This document shows, piece by piece, positions 15,403-26,784 of a stretch of 64,000 nt of DNA. The notes under the pieces were generated by a model, which was not told where the DNA came from, did not search any database, and was given only the letters and a program-made list of their open reading frames with translations. A program made the position numbers and the translations under genes. The stretch covers positions 780,825 to 844,824 of the forward strand of contig NW_003314300.1 in the NCBI RefSeq assembly GCF_000143415.4, written 5' to 3'. Positions within the stretch are counted from its first letter, which is position 1. Each line of letters starts with the position of its first letter. This DNA is from Selaginella moellendorffii (lineage: Eukaryota > Plantae > Lycopodiophyta).

Positions 15403-17130
15403 ATGATCAAATCTAATGGATCTGGATCCGGGAGCTTTGCCACTGCCTCTACTCGATCAGACAAGGAGCTCATCTTCGCCAGCAACAATGAGATCGCGAG
15501 GCTCGCGCGCGCTGGCGAGCTCGCTCAGTGCAAAAGAGCCTTCGATGCAATGCCACAGCGCGACATCGTCTCCTGGAACGCGATCCTGGCGGTTTACGTC
15601 CGGCCAGGGGATTTGAAGCGCTCGGAAGAGATTTTCAATCGGATGCCCGAATGGGATGTTCTCACCTGGAACACGATGCTCGCAGCATTTGCCCACAGCG
15701 GGCAATTTCTGCGAGCCAAAGAACTGTTCGATCAAATGCCAGAAAAAACCATCGCAACCTGGAACACTATGATCTCTGCGCACTCACATGCCGGGAATTT
15801 TTCTTCCGCGATGGAACTCTTCCAAGGAATGCCGGAGAGAAACACTGTTTCTTGGACGAGCATACTAACCCTATATGCCCATAATGGGCATTTGCTTTTG
15901 GCAAAGAAGGTGTTTACCCTAATGCCAGAAAAGTCACTAGTGTCCTGGACGGCTATGGTGTCTACTTTCGTTTCAAACGCATGTATCGAGCAAGCAAAGA
16001 GAACTTTTGATTTGATGCCACGGTGGAATGTAATCTCTTGGAACACTCTTCTTGCGGGATTTGCCCAAGAAGGGCAAATTGATCAAGCAAAGCGGCTCTT
16101 TGACCTAATGCCGGAGCACGATCTCGTGTCCTACACCAGCTTGATTGGCGCGTACAGCCAAATCGGCGATCTGCCAAGAGCGAAGCTAGGGTTTGATCGA
16201 ATGCCACAGAGGGATCTTGTGGCGATGAATGCGCTGCTCGCGCTCTACTCCCAGCTCGGCCGCCTGGGCGAGGCGCTGCGATTCTTCCACGCGATGCCGG
16301 AGCGCGACATCTCTTCTTGGAATTCGATCTTGCTCGTCTACTCCCAGGCCGGCGCCATCGATCAGGCGGAGGCGCTGTATCGATCGATGCCCGCTCGAAA
16401 TATCGCGACGTCCTTGTTGATGATCGCGGCCTATGCGCAAGTCGGGAGGCTGGATCGAGCGGAGGAGACCTTCGATCGAATGCCGATGCGCGACGCCCAG
16501 GCTTGGAACTCCATGCTGGCGGCGTTTGTCCACAGCGGCGATCTGGACAGGGCCAAGGCGATTTTCGAGGCAATGCCAGAGAAATCCACCTCCGCCTACA
16601 CGACGATGATCGCGGCCTTTGCCGCAAGCAAGCAGCTAGAACAGGCCACGGCGATCTTCGACGAAATCCCCGCCCGGGACACCATCGCCTGGAATTCGAT
16701 TCTCTCGGCCTACGCCTGGAACGGCCACATCGATCACGCCAAGCGCTGCTTCGACCGGATCCCAGCACAGGACACCGCCTCCTGGAACGCGATGATCACG
16801 GCCTGCGGCCACTCCTCGCGCGGCGACGAGGCCATCGCGAATTTCCATCACATGGAGCTCCAGGGCGTGATCCCGGACGAGACGACGATGATGAACGTCC
16901 TGGCGGCTTGCAATCACGTCGGCCTGGTGGAGAAGGCGCTCTCCCTGTTCGTCCTCATGAGGGACGAGCATGGAATCCGTCCCGGGCGCGAGCAATTCGC
17001 GTCGATGATCGACATCCTCGCGCGATCCGGCCAAGAAGAGCGAGCTCGCGAGATTTCCAAGCGCACGCCACCATTCGCGCCCGAGGTCACACAGAGGAGC
17101 GCCCTCTTGAAAGCTCTGGCGACGCCATAG
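15403..17130 (+). CDS. PLS-class pentatricopeptide repeat protein (long array of 31-aa S/SS motifs, then P2-L2-S2 and a truncated E1)
   Basis: Intronless ORF with ~31-aa repeats (vvSWNaml.ayaq.G.l..A..lFd.MPerD). C-terminus LAACNHVGLVEKAL...MIDILARSG. No DYW domain. First ATG at 15403. Confidence 0.92.
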   Translation: MIKSNGSGSGSFATASTRSDKELIFASNNEIARLARAGELAQCKRAFDAMPQRDIVSWNAILAVYVRPGDLKRSEEIFNRMPEWDVLTWNTMLAAFAHSGQFLRAKELFDQMPEKTIATWNTMISAHSHAGNFSSAMELFQGMPERNTVSWTSILTLYAHNGHLLLAKKVFTLMPEKSLVSWTAMVSTFVSNACIEQAKRTFDLMPRWNVISWNTLLAGFAQEGQIDQAKRLFDLMPEHDLVSYTSLIGAYSQIGDLPRAKLGFDRMPQRDLVAMNALLALYSQLGRLGEALRFFHAMPERDISSWNSILLVYSQAGAIDQAEALYRSMPARNIATSLLMIAAYAQVGRLDRAEETFDRMPMRDAQAWNSMLAAFVHSGDLDRAKAIFEAMPEKSTSAYTTMIAAFAASKQLEQATAIFDEIPARDTIAWNSILSAYAWNGHIDHAKRCFDRIPAQDTASWNAMITACGHSSRGDEAIANFHHMELQGVIPDETTMMNVLAACNHVGLVEKALSLFVLMRDEHGIRPGREQFASMIDILARSGQEERAREISKRTPPFAPEVTQRSALLKALATP

Positions 17131-17386
17131 CCAGGAAGAACAGGTATATTCCAGATTCGGGAATCTTGATTTTGGGCCCTTACATGTAACCCTAGTTATT
17201 TTATTGGTGGAGGCAGGACAACGCAACACCGCATTGGTTCTTCGCGGAGGTGGAGGAGGCACAGCGCAAAACCCCCAGAGCTCTTCCAAGTAAGTCCTTC
17301 GATCTCAATGCGCCATGCAAGAGCATTGAATTCCTGGCAGAGATTTTAATTCGTGGGCCTTACTCTTTCTCTCCTCTGGGTTTTAG

Positions 17387-19267
17387 ATGGGAATCCAGCG
17401 AACAGGTGTCAAGGACAGTAACCAGCTGAGGGATTCATCGCTCTTCCGGCCATCTCAGTCGGAAGTGGACCTCTACCAGCACGACATGGAAGATTTCTTG
17501 CTCGATTCTGCCGCGGAGCCAGCTGCGCCGCATCAGAACAAGCTCCTCTTGTAGGTATCCTCGTACATTTCTATCTAGCGGTTTTTTTTCCATCTCATCT
17601 CTTTTTTGCTTTCCAGATGCGATCTTCTAGACATCTCTGGTGTTTTGAGTGAGGCTGCTAGCGCGATCGTCGATGTATGCCAGTTCTTGTGATCTTTTCG
17701 TCACTCATCACGCACATTCGTATGGTGGTTTTCTCAGGATTCTTTCACCAGGTGCTTCAAGTCCAACATTCCAGAGCCGTGGAATTGGAACATATACCTA
17801 TTGCCCTTGTGGTGCCTTGGCGTGATCGTGAGATACTGCATTCTCTTTCCAGTCAGGTATGCGCCTATCTGGGAGAGACGATCCTGCTCAAAGTTATTGC
17901 AATGTATAGGGTGTTGCTACTTACGGTGGGCTGGATCATCTTCCTGGGTGCTTTTATCCCGGTTCACTTCATCCTGAGGAAGCACGACCATATGAGAAGG
18001 AAGATCGAGGTATAGCATTCATTCTTTTTTTCCACAGAACAGAACATAAGACAAAGATTTTCTTTTCTTTGAAAACGCAGCGAGGGCTGGTAGAATTCAT
18101 TTGCAGTGTCTTTGTGGCTTCCTGGACAGGGGTTGTCAAGTATCATGGACCACGGCCAAGCAGGCGTCCTAGACAGGTCTGTGACAGTTCCTCTGGCAAC
18201 TGAGTTCGTTAACTTTCTTTTAGAGCAGGTCTTTGTGGCAAACCACACTTCGATGATCGACTTTATCATCCTTGAGCAGATGACCGCCTTCGCTGTGATT
18301 ATGCAAAAGCATCCGGGATGGGTTGGTGAGCTTATCATCTTTTCTGTTCTTTTCCATTTTTGTCCAAAACATCCGTGGTTGATGCTCAATCTTTCTGCGT
18401 GACTGCGTTTTCCAGGTTTACTACAAAACACTGTTCTTGAAAGTCTTGGCTGCATCTGGTTTAATCGAACCGAGTCTAAGGACCGCCATGTTGTCGGGGA
18501 AAAGTAAGTGAAAGTCCGACGAAAGATTGTATCAGCTGGTAAATCCATCTTGCTCGTCACCAGGCTTCGAAAGCACGTCATTGATCCGGAAAGCAATCTT
18601 CTGCTCATTTTCCCAGAGGGGACTTGCGTAAACAACGAGTATATTGTGATGTTTAAGAAGGTTCGTGGTCTCATGGTTCGCTCCAAGTGGTTCTTATTTC
18701 CTGTGCTCGACTTACAGGGAGCGTTTGAACTGGATTGCACAGTGTGCCCGGTTGCTATCAAGTATAACAAGATCTTTGTCGACGCTTTCTGGAACAGTCG
18801 CAAGTAAGTGAGCCTTCTCATCTCGATTGACTTTAAGGTTTTTCTTTTTCCGACAGACAATCGTTTACAATGCACTTGCTGAGGCTGATGACGTCCTGGG
18901 CGGTCGTCTGCGATGTCTGGTATTTAGAACCACAAACAATCCGGCCCAACGAGACACCAATAGAGTTCGCGGAGAGGTATGTAAAAAGTAACTCTTCTTT
19001 GATCCTTATATTTCCTTTCAGAGTTCGCGATATGATAGCGAAACGAGCTGGAATTAAGAAAGTCGCTTGGGATGGATATCTGAAATACTACCGTCCAAGC
19101 TCGAAACTCACGGAGAAAATGTAAGCTTCTTCTCTTCTAGTTTTCCTGTGGAAAAGCTGTAGCTTACGCGTTTCCTCCGCAGGCAACAGAAGTTCGCTGA
19201 GAGCATGCTAAGAAGATTAAGAACGAAGACAAGTGACGAGGATCTCAGCACTCCTATGGAAGGATAG
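17387..19267 (+). CDS. GPAT9: ER glycerol-3-phosphate acyltransferase 9 (about 12 exons)
   Basis: DLLDISGVLSEAASAIVDDSFTRCFKSN, PWNWNIYL, catalytic NHTSMID, QKHPGWVG, IFPEGTCVNN, YNKIFVDAFWNSRK and WDGYLKYYRPS. Stop at 19265-19267. Confidence 0.95.
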
Positions 19268-19377
19268 TACGGTACTCTTTTCTTAAGAAAAAATTCTCGT
19301 TCATAGTAATGGCCTGCCTTGGGACATTGACAGGAGAAATGTTTTCAAATGGAGGGGATGCTATTGATAAAACTCCA

Positions 19378-20770
19378 CTAGTTTAAATGTTCAGCGAGGA
19401 AGCTTTTAAGAGACTCGATGTGCGAGCGGTGCTCTGGCACAAGGATCGCATCCCAGCAACGAGGCCCGGAAGAACATGGTCGAGAAGCCAGGCCGCCGCC
19501 CTTCCTGACGCACTCCACCATCTTCCTGCTCAGCCTCATCAGGTAAAACGTCGGGCAAGTGCCTCGCATCACAATCCCAGACAAAAGGAGCTCCTCGGGA
19601 GGAGATTCACAGAGAAAGTTCTCATACTTGTCCAGGAGCTCTTGCAGCAATCCCCGAGGCGATCATCTCCGCCTCTGGATCGCGATCCCTGTCCTTGAAG
19701 CTCCAATGCGCAACGAGCCGAATGAAACCATCCATCTCCATCTCGACTGCAACACCGGGGAACAGTGCTGCCAATTTGGAGCTCCAGCTGACGCCGTGTG
19801 ACGATGCGCATGCCAAGAACATCGAGGCAGAAGAGCTCCAGGAGTGGGTACTCTTGGACAAGTTCTCGACGTCGGACACTTCCTCTAGCCTATGAGTCTT
19901 GGTGACGCAGGCGATGGACTTGACGAGGATCTCCACGGCCCTGGAGCTGCATGCTATCCTGCTCGGCCGGCTACATCAGGTCCAGACCTAAAAATTGGAG
20001 CATGAGTAGTGAGGAGTATACTACATCATCGGCAGAAAGAATGAGGTGAAGTCTTTCCAGGATTTTCTTGGAGAGAAGTTGAATTTTTGGAGCTGGAACT
20101 GTGTACGTGACGTCTACCTGGCAGGTTTCTTTCCAATCTCATGCAGTGACCTCTAGTGAAAGACATAGTCTCAGCCACAAAAGCGCACAAGCGACAGGGA
20201 TTATGCGTTGACAATTTGAGAAAGACGCTCATCAGAGAAGCAGCAGCAGCAAATCGGTCACTCTGCTGCTCTAAGCTTCCACAGCATACTCGACAAGCTT
20301 GTGGAACTGGAGTCATCATTTGAGTTGCATTGGCCAGGTCAGTCGAAACATAGGATTATTCTCAAGAATATCATTTCTTCTTGCCATGACCCATGATTGT
20401 AATGTTGAAGAATCTGCCGCACCTTTGCAGCAGTTAGAGAGTTCTTATCCTCCATTTAGACTTGCTCTATCAACATTGCCTTTTGCCAAGTTGTTGTTCT
20501 GCTGGCCAAAATCTGTTTGTGTCGAAATCTTCTTTAGGTTTTGCCAGACTTTAATTTTGAGAGGATTGTGAGAAGCATCAAGCAGAAGTTAGGTGTATTA
20601 TACAACGACCATTTTGATCCCTTGATCTGATTGTTTTGCCTGGAAATTTACTACATTCTAAGAAGCTCACCAAAGTGTCCACTATGGCAGCATGGACGTT
20701 TGCTATCTCAAACTTCTTGTTGTGTGCCCAATTTACATGTTTGGTCCTCTCTTGCAACAAACCCATGGCT
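19378..20770 (-). pseudogene. Frameshifted gene for a PD-(D/E)XK-like (restriction-endonuclease fold) protein resembling a fungal uncharacterised family
   Basis: Joined frames read EEVSDVENL / LLELFCLDVLGMRIVTRRQLELQIGS / IRLVAHWSFKDRDRDPEAEMIASGIAA / GIVMRGTCPTFYLMRLSRKMVECVRKG. The 5' limit is uncertain. Confidence 0.5.
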
Positions 20771-21696
20771 GCTGTTGGAGCTGAGAAAGCTCCCTGGATT
20801 TCCCCTCCGGCAGTAGCGAATGCAGGGAATAGGAGGGGCTTTGTGAAGAGTTGTGAAAAGCTGGCAACGTTATAAAAAAAAAAAAAAAAAAAAAAGAACA
20901 AATGCTTCCCTTATATATGATTTTCACACTTTACCCTATAGTAATTTACTATATAATAATTATGGAGGAAAACCTAAGTTTCAGAGCCTTGATCCACTAA
21001 AAACAAGGATAGATCTAAACTCCCAAGTATATAGCTAAGGAATGAAGAAATTGAAGCATAGAACAACTCATAACTAAAGAGTGAAAAAACAAAAACATGA
21101 AATAACATTGAAATAGTATTAAAGCATTCAGCGTTCTAATGGCAAAAATAGCATATGAAATGGAGTCAAATAAAATTTATTACTAATAACTACTCCATCA
21201 GATAACACGGTATAGAATTTGGGTTTAAACCCAAACCAAACTATCTAGGTTAAAGTGTAAAGAGTAATCACCTTAGAGTGTAAAGAGTAATTAATGAGAA
21301 GAACACAGTTGACAAACATCCTTTCGAAAGGCAGTCAAAGAACAATGACAGACATACCTAGTAAAGAGTCAAAGGCAATCCTAAATGATCTGAACTAACA
21401 ATCACTACACATAATACCTTCTTTCCTGGAGAATACTGAAAGATATGCTAATCACTATATAAATCAAATTCCTCTTGTCATTAAAAACATCCACAAAGGA
21501 TTAGTAAGATAAATATATACTAGATTAGACCAGTTTCTTGGCTGGGTTGCCCCCAAGCAACTGTTCTAACACACTGTGAAAGTAAAAGTTGTAAATGGTT
21601 TGAATAGAAAAGGATAGTTACCTGTTCTTTTGTGCTGGAGATCTTAGCTCATTATCATCCTCTAAAACCACATTATCTTGCATGACCATGCAAACA

Positions 21697-22290
21697 TGTA
21701 AGCTCCTGAGTTTGGACTTCCCGGGAGGTCACCCAGCCCAGTACTATTCAAACCCAAGGACGCTTAACCCCAAATATCCCAAGACCCTTAACCAATTGGA
21801 AAAGGGGGTGCACTCTTGTTCATGGGCCCTTTCCCTCTGTATTTGAACCCCTATGGATCGTCTCTCGAGTCGTTCCCTTTGGTTGCTTACAATCCACCAC
21901 GCTTCCCTGCAAGTTCACGCCCTCGTGAACGGAAGCTGAGAGCCGCAGCTCTCCCGAGAGCCTTGCTCTCTTGACACCCTACCCCTCGGGTCGAGCCCAG
22001 CGGAGCAAACTGGACCAGCCAGATGTCAAACAACATGTGGTGTGATTCCCCTAGCCAACCAACAGAGTCGGACCCGAGACCCCTCTGATACCAAATGTAA
22101 GCTCCTGAGTTTGGACTTCCCGGGAGGTCACCCAGCCCAGTACTATTCAAACCCAAGGACGCTTAACCCCAAATATCCCAAGACCCTTAACCAATTGGAA
22201 AAGGGGGTGCACTCTTGTTCATGGGCCCTTTCCCTCTGTATTTGAACCCCTATGGATCGTCTCTCGAGTCGTTCCCTTTGGTTGCTTACA
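21697..22290 (-). mobile_element. Cassandra-type TRIM (terminal-repeat retrotransposon in miniature) with 5S rRNA-derived LTR core
   Basis: Identical 195-bp LTRs (21697-21891 and 22096-22290; TGTAAGC...GCTTACA). TSD AAACA. PBS TGGTATCAGAG at 22083-22093 on the minus strand. 204-bp noncoding interior. Confidence 0.93.
21714..21769 (-). promoter_or_regulatory. 5S rRNA-like segment (Pol III internal control region: A box, IE, C box) in the TRIM LTR; second copy at 22113-22168
   Basis: GGTTAAGCGTCCTTGGGTTTGAATAGTACTGGGCTGGGTGACCTCCCGGGAAGTCC compared with plant 5S AGTTAAGCGTGCTTGGGCGAGAGTAGTACTAGGATGGGTGACCTCCTGGGAAGTCC. Confidence 0.88.
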
Positions 22291-25200
22291 AAACAGTGAA
22301 TAGAAAACAACATTCCACTTTCCCCTCCACATAACAATCCTTTTTCTGCTGAGGGCTCTAATGAAGCTAAACTAGAGCTCCTTATATGTGAAATTCCGAA
22401 TCTTACTGCTAGAGAGAGATTGCCTCTAGCGCTTCAAGAGCAATGCCACATGTTTTTGTAAGATCTTGCTCCTGACATAGCGGGACTATTTGAAAACACA
22501 GAACACTATTACATTCGATGTCTAATATGCTACTTTTTCTTGGACAAGACAAATGGCTCTATGGGTTTACAAACTTTTCTTGAGCACTGTAGGAATTGCC
22601 CAACAGCAAGTTTGGAAAATGTGCACATGTGGATGTACAATAAATTCAAGAATGAGTTACGGACACATACCCACTATCGCTTCATGGTGAGGAACAACAT
22701 CCCCTTGGGAAACATTACATTGGTTAGTGCAAAATATGGGGTTTTTATGCCACTCTATAGTGGAATATAAAATCTAGAATTACTTTACTATACTATAGTA
22801 TTGTCACTATTAAAAGAAAAATATAATGAGATGATATTAGTTGTAGGTAACATACCTTATTCTAGAAGGTGCTATCATATCACATATAATTGTTTACAAA
22901 ATGTTCAAGGAGGAGATGGCAACACACAAGCGCTACAAAGTGATGGTGACAGGTGAGAATGATAATTTGCAATTATGATATCTGACATTGACACTGGCAT
23001 TTGACAATTTTACTGACATTTGACACTTTCACTGACATCTAACATATAATAAGCTTTCTATTTTATGTAAGGATGCAATTAACTTTCTTCTGCCTCATTA
23101 TCAACATAATGATTTCTTTTATACTTCCTCCTATATTGGTATTGTGGGGAAGATTCACCTTGCATATGTTGAGCCATGGCTTCTGCATAGTCAGGGGATT
23201 TCCAAAGCCTCAAATTCTAGAAACTCCAGGTGACTGTAATCTATAAATTAGAATTAAACATATATTGAAATTTTAATAAACATAATTTACCTCCTTGAGG
23301 TTCGAGGCAACTCATGAAATCCTCTAAGCCGGTGTTTGAAGAAATGATGTTCTTCAATAGAAAACACCGACCTACCAGAGTCATATGCTGCCTCCACTAT
23401 AAAACCACTACCTGCTGTGCAATCAATCACAACACCATCTGATGGGCAATAGAGCTCAAGCAAGACTTGCATTGCCAATGGAGTTCGAAATTGGTACCTT
23501 GGAAACGTGTTGCAAATCTGCTCATCCACAAGGTTGGGTATGATGTTAGTGGAACTGTCGTACCCAGGCAAAACACGTGCTGCACGTTCGCTATCACGAA
23601 ACCCATCATGTGTATTTTTGTAGAAGGCATGATAGGTCCACATCATAACCTGGAATATAAAAATGTTTAGAAATTAGATAAAAATATAAAATACATGCTC
23701 ACCTTTTTAGGCTTCCCTTGGACACCCCTCGTATCAACGCCAATAGGATCCATGATGCACCCGGAAGAGAATGACTTGAAATGAACTTTTGCTGCGCACG
23801 TCATAAGCTCATACATCCAGTTGGGGTCGTTCGGTAGGATGTCTGTTGCGCACATCATAAGCTCATACATCCAGTTGGGGTCATTCGGTAGGATGAAGAC
23901 GACATGGCCAGCTTCAAGCATAAGTGCTTCGGACAATAGGAATGCATCGCATATGTGGTTAGGTGTGAGAAAGTTCCAATCCTCAACTTTCCCATCGATA
24001 TCTGAAAGACCATCTGGAAAGTCGAAGAGAATGAAGTCCGCAACTGGGAGCAAGGGCCTTTGTATCTTTCGGCACCAACGGTTGAATTGGCGCCATACAT
24101 CCATGTTGATGTCGTCTTCCGTGAAAGATGTCAACAATCTACTGTAAGAGCCAATGAAGATACCCACGATGCCTCGTTGTGTTATTGGGGACACATGATG
24201 GACCTATAAAAGAGCTAAGTGAATGAAAAAAATAATAAATAGTATGCTACTGTCATATGGCGTGTTGTCGATGAGAGTTTCTCCAACTCCTCTTCATGAG
24301 CATCTTGTCGAGCTGGAATGAAATTACTACCAACAGTCATTGTTGCAAAAAACATATATTACCACCTTTAGTTTATAAAATTCATTTTTGCTTACCTTGA
24401 GGTCGACGTGATATTCTGTGAACCACTTGATCATCGTTATTTACTGGTAAAACCTGATCCGGATCTTGGTTGTTTGATGGTTGAACTGGAGCATGATCTT
24501 GGCTGTCTGATGGTGGAACACAAATTTTATCTGGAGCTTCCTCATCCTGGTCTCTATCGTCACTTGCATTGCCATCATTGCTAGCATTGACAACTTCCTC
24601 GCGATCTAGTGTAGAGGTCTCCTTCCCCAAGAGCTCTAACTCCCAAGGGCATTCTATCTTCCGTGCCTTTGGAACTCTTGCAAACATTGTTAGGTACATT
24701 CCTCCATCCCTTACACCCTTTGCAACAAATCAAGTGCAAACTAGTGCCTCAAATGGCATGCCTCTATATCAAAGATACCTGTAAACAATATATATTAAAA
24801 AACAATCTTAGAAATCATATTATACTTGTAAGCTACACGTTGCATGAAATAAGGTTGACCATGTTGGCAATCATAAGTTGTTGTGCTTGTTGATGTAGGT
24901 GTCGAAAGACATGAATGTGCCATCTGGATCGTCACCAATGTGTGGTGCCAAGAATTTCTCACCTTCACTTATAGTTTGTGTGATGTAGACAGCCCTTCTC
25001 ATCATGTTCTCAAATGGTTCTGGCAGTCCTTTCTCTCAGTTCATCATGTAGACATTGAGAAACTTCAGAGTCTCTATCTGTTGCTTATATGGAAGCTTCA
25101 ATTATGCGATATTGTAAATCATGTCATCTGGAGTTTTGTTCACTACAAAAGTAACATATGCATAATTGAGAAAAATGAAGTGAGATAAAAAACTTACATT

Positions 25201-26378
25201 CATGAGAAGAAATTTTGGCTATAGTCTCTAGCCACTCCTTTGGCCTGCGATTGTCTGCTATGCATACTAGTTTCTTCAACTTTGAGGATTTTGCATGCTG
25301 AATTTTGTGCTCAATTTGAATGAACTCAGTTGAGAGCTCTTCCGACTCTTTTCTGGATATGCAAGTTCGTAAGCATCTTGTTTGACCTTCACCAAAGGCT
25401 AAAAACCAAAACAATTAAAAAAGGCTTTTATAAAATAAAAGGGAAAGACATACCTTACACCACACAGCGAGCATAAAGTTGATTGGGTTGTTGAACCAAG
25501 TTGTACCGTCATTTTGAGTGCGTGAGTGTCGAACAAGTGTTGCGAGATCATCACCATAATGTTGGTGGATGTCATCCTCACTCAAGTTTGCCAAAAATCA
25601 AAGTTGCTCAATGTCATGGACTTGAACAACGAATTGCCCAAGCCTACATTTAAACACAACAAAACAAGTTAAAGTGGAGTTAGAGGTAAACTATAAAACT
25701 TACGCATTGATCTTTTGGCAGGCCAAGATAAGTCTGTTGACATCCAAAAGTCCCCTCGCGTAGTCATGGCCGACTGGAACGTTGATATGGTAGACGGGAT
25801 CATCGTGAAAATGATCGTCAATACACTTCATCCAAGCTCCATATTGGTGGTTACTGTCAATAATGTGGAACATTGTCCCCGCAAGCTGTTGAGTCTCAGG
25901 ATGTCTGATAAGCATGTCATCAAATTCTAAGAACTTCCTCCTCCAAATAGGATCCCAGCTATTCACAATCTCGGGTGTGATGGTAATGATCCCCGTTGTT
26001 CCTGGCTTGCAAAAAGAGACTAGAAACATACCGATATTTATTGCAAAGCCATTTTGTTTGAATAAGCTGTATATATCCGGGTTGACATACTTGGATGCTG
26101 TGCGGACAAGGTTCATCTGTTGCAAACAGCAAAGTGGGATTTCTTTGATCAAGTCATAAGGGCCTGGCCACTTGAGTGCCTCAAGTGTTTAGTGAATTGC
26201 TTTTTCCCTCGTCCGCATAACAGTCTTTTGGAAGCGCTTGTCCACCATGTTGTCAGGAAGGTCTGCAACTCTTTCAGCTCCATGCTATTCCTCAGGTTCC
26301 CTATCCTGAACACCACTAGATTGCCCAACTTTAGGGATTTGCGTTGGTGGTGGGCCAATGAGGAGTAAAGTTGGAGGT

Positions 26379-26565
26379 GGCAGTGGTGATGGTGGGGGTG
26401 GTGGTGGTGGCGAGGGCGGCGGGGGCGGAGGCAATAGTGGCAGTGGTGGTGGCAATGGTGGTGGTGGCGGTGGCGATGGCAGTGGTGGAGGTGGTGATGG
26501 AGGTGGTGGAGGTGGCGATGGCGGTGGTGGAGGTGGTGATGGCGGAGGTGATGGTGGTGGAGGCA
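26379..26565. repeat. (GGT/GGC/GGA)n trinucleotide tract encoding poly-proline on the minus strand
   Basis: Direct reading. In frame with exon 2 of the ParB-MTase gene. Confidence 0.85.
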
Positions 26566-26784
26566 GTGAATCTCTAAGTAAATGTGTCTCTGTTGTGCCA
26601 ATGGACATGTCGATCGTGATGTCATTGTCAGTGCCGAATTGAACTTCTTGTGTCTTCTTGGCTCCAACAACCTTTTTATGTGTTACAATTTTCCTTTTCT
26701 GCAAGAGAAAAATTTTGTTAGTCAAACTAAATAAAGATAATAAGAAATTCAAACAGTCAAAGAGAAAAAAAATCAAGTGGGCCT

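Noticed and set aside
15962-17289. Overlapping 217-290 aa ORFs on other frames of the PPR gene
   Set aside because: These are shadow ORFs expected in GC-rich coding DNA, and they carry no motifs.
21714-22168. 5S rRNA genes
   Set aside because: Only the internal ~56-bp promoter part is present, embedded in TRIM LTRs. There is no full 120-nt gene.
26149-26670. His-rich or extensin-like protein
   Set aside because: It is an alternative frame of the poly-Pro trinucleotide tract within the ParB-MTase exon.
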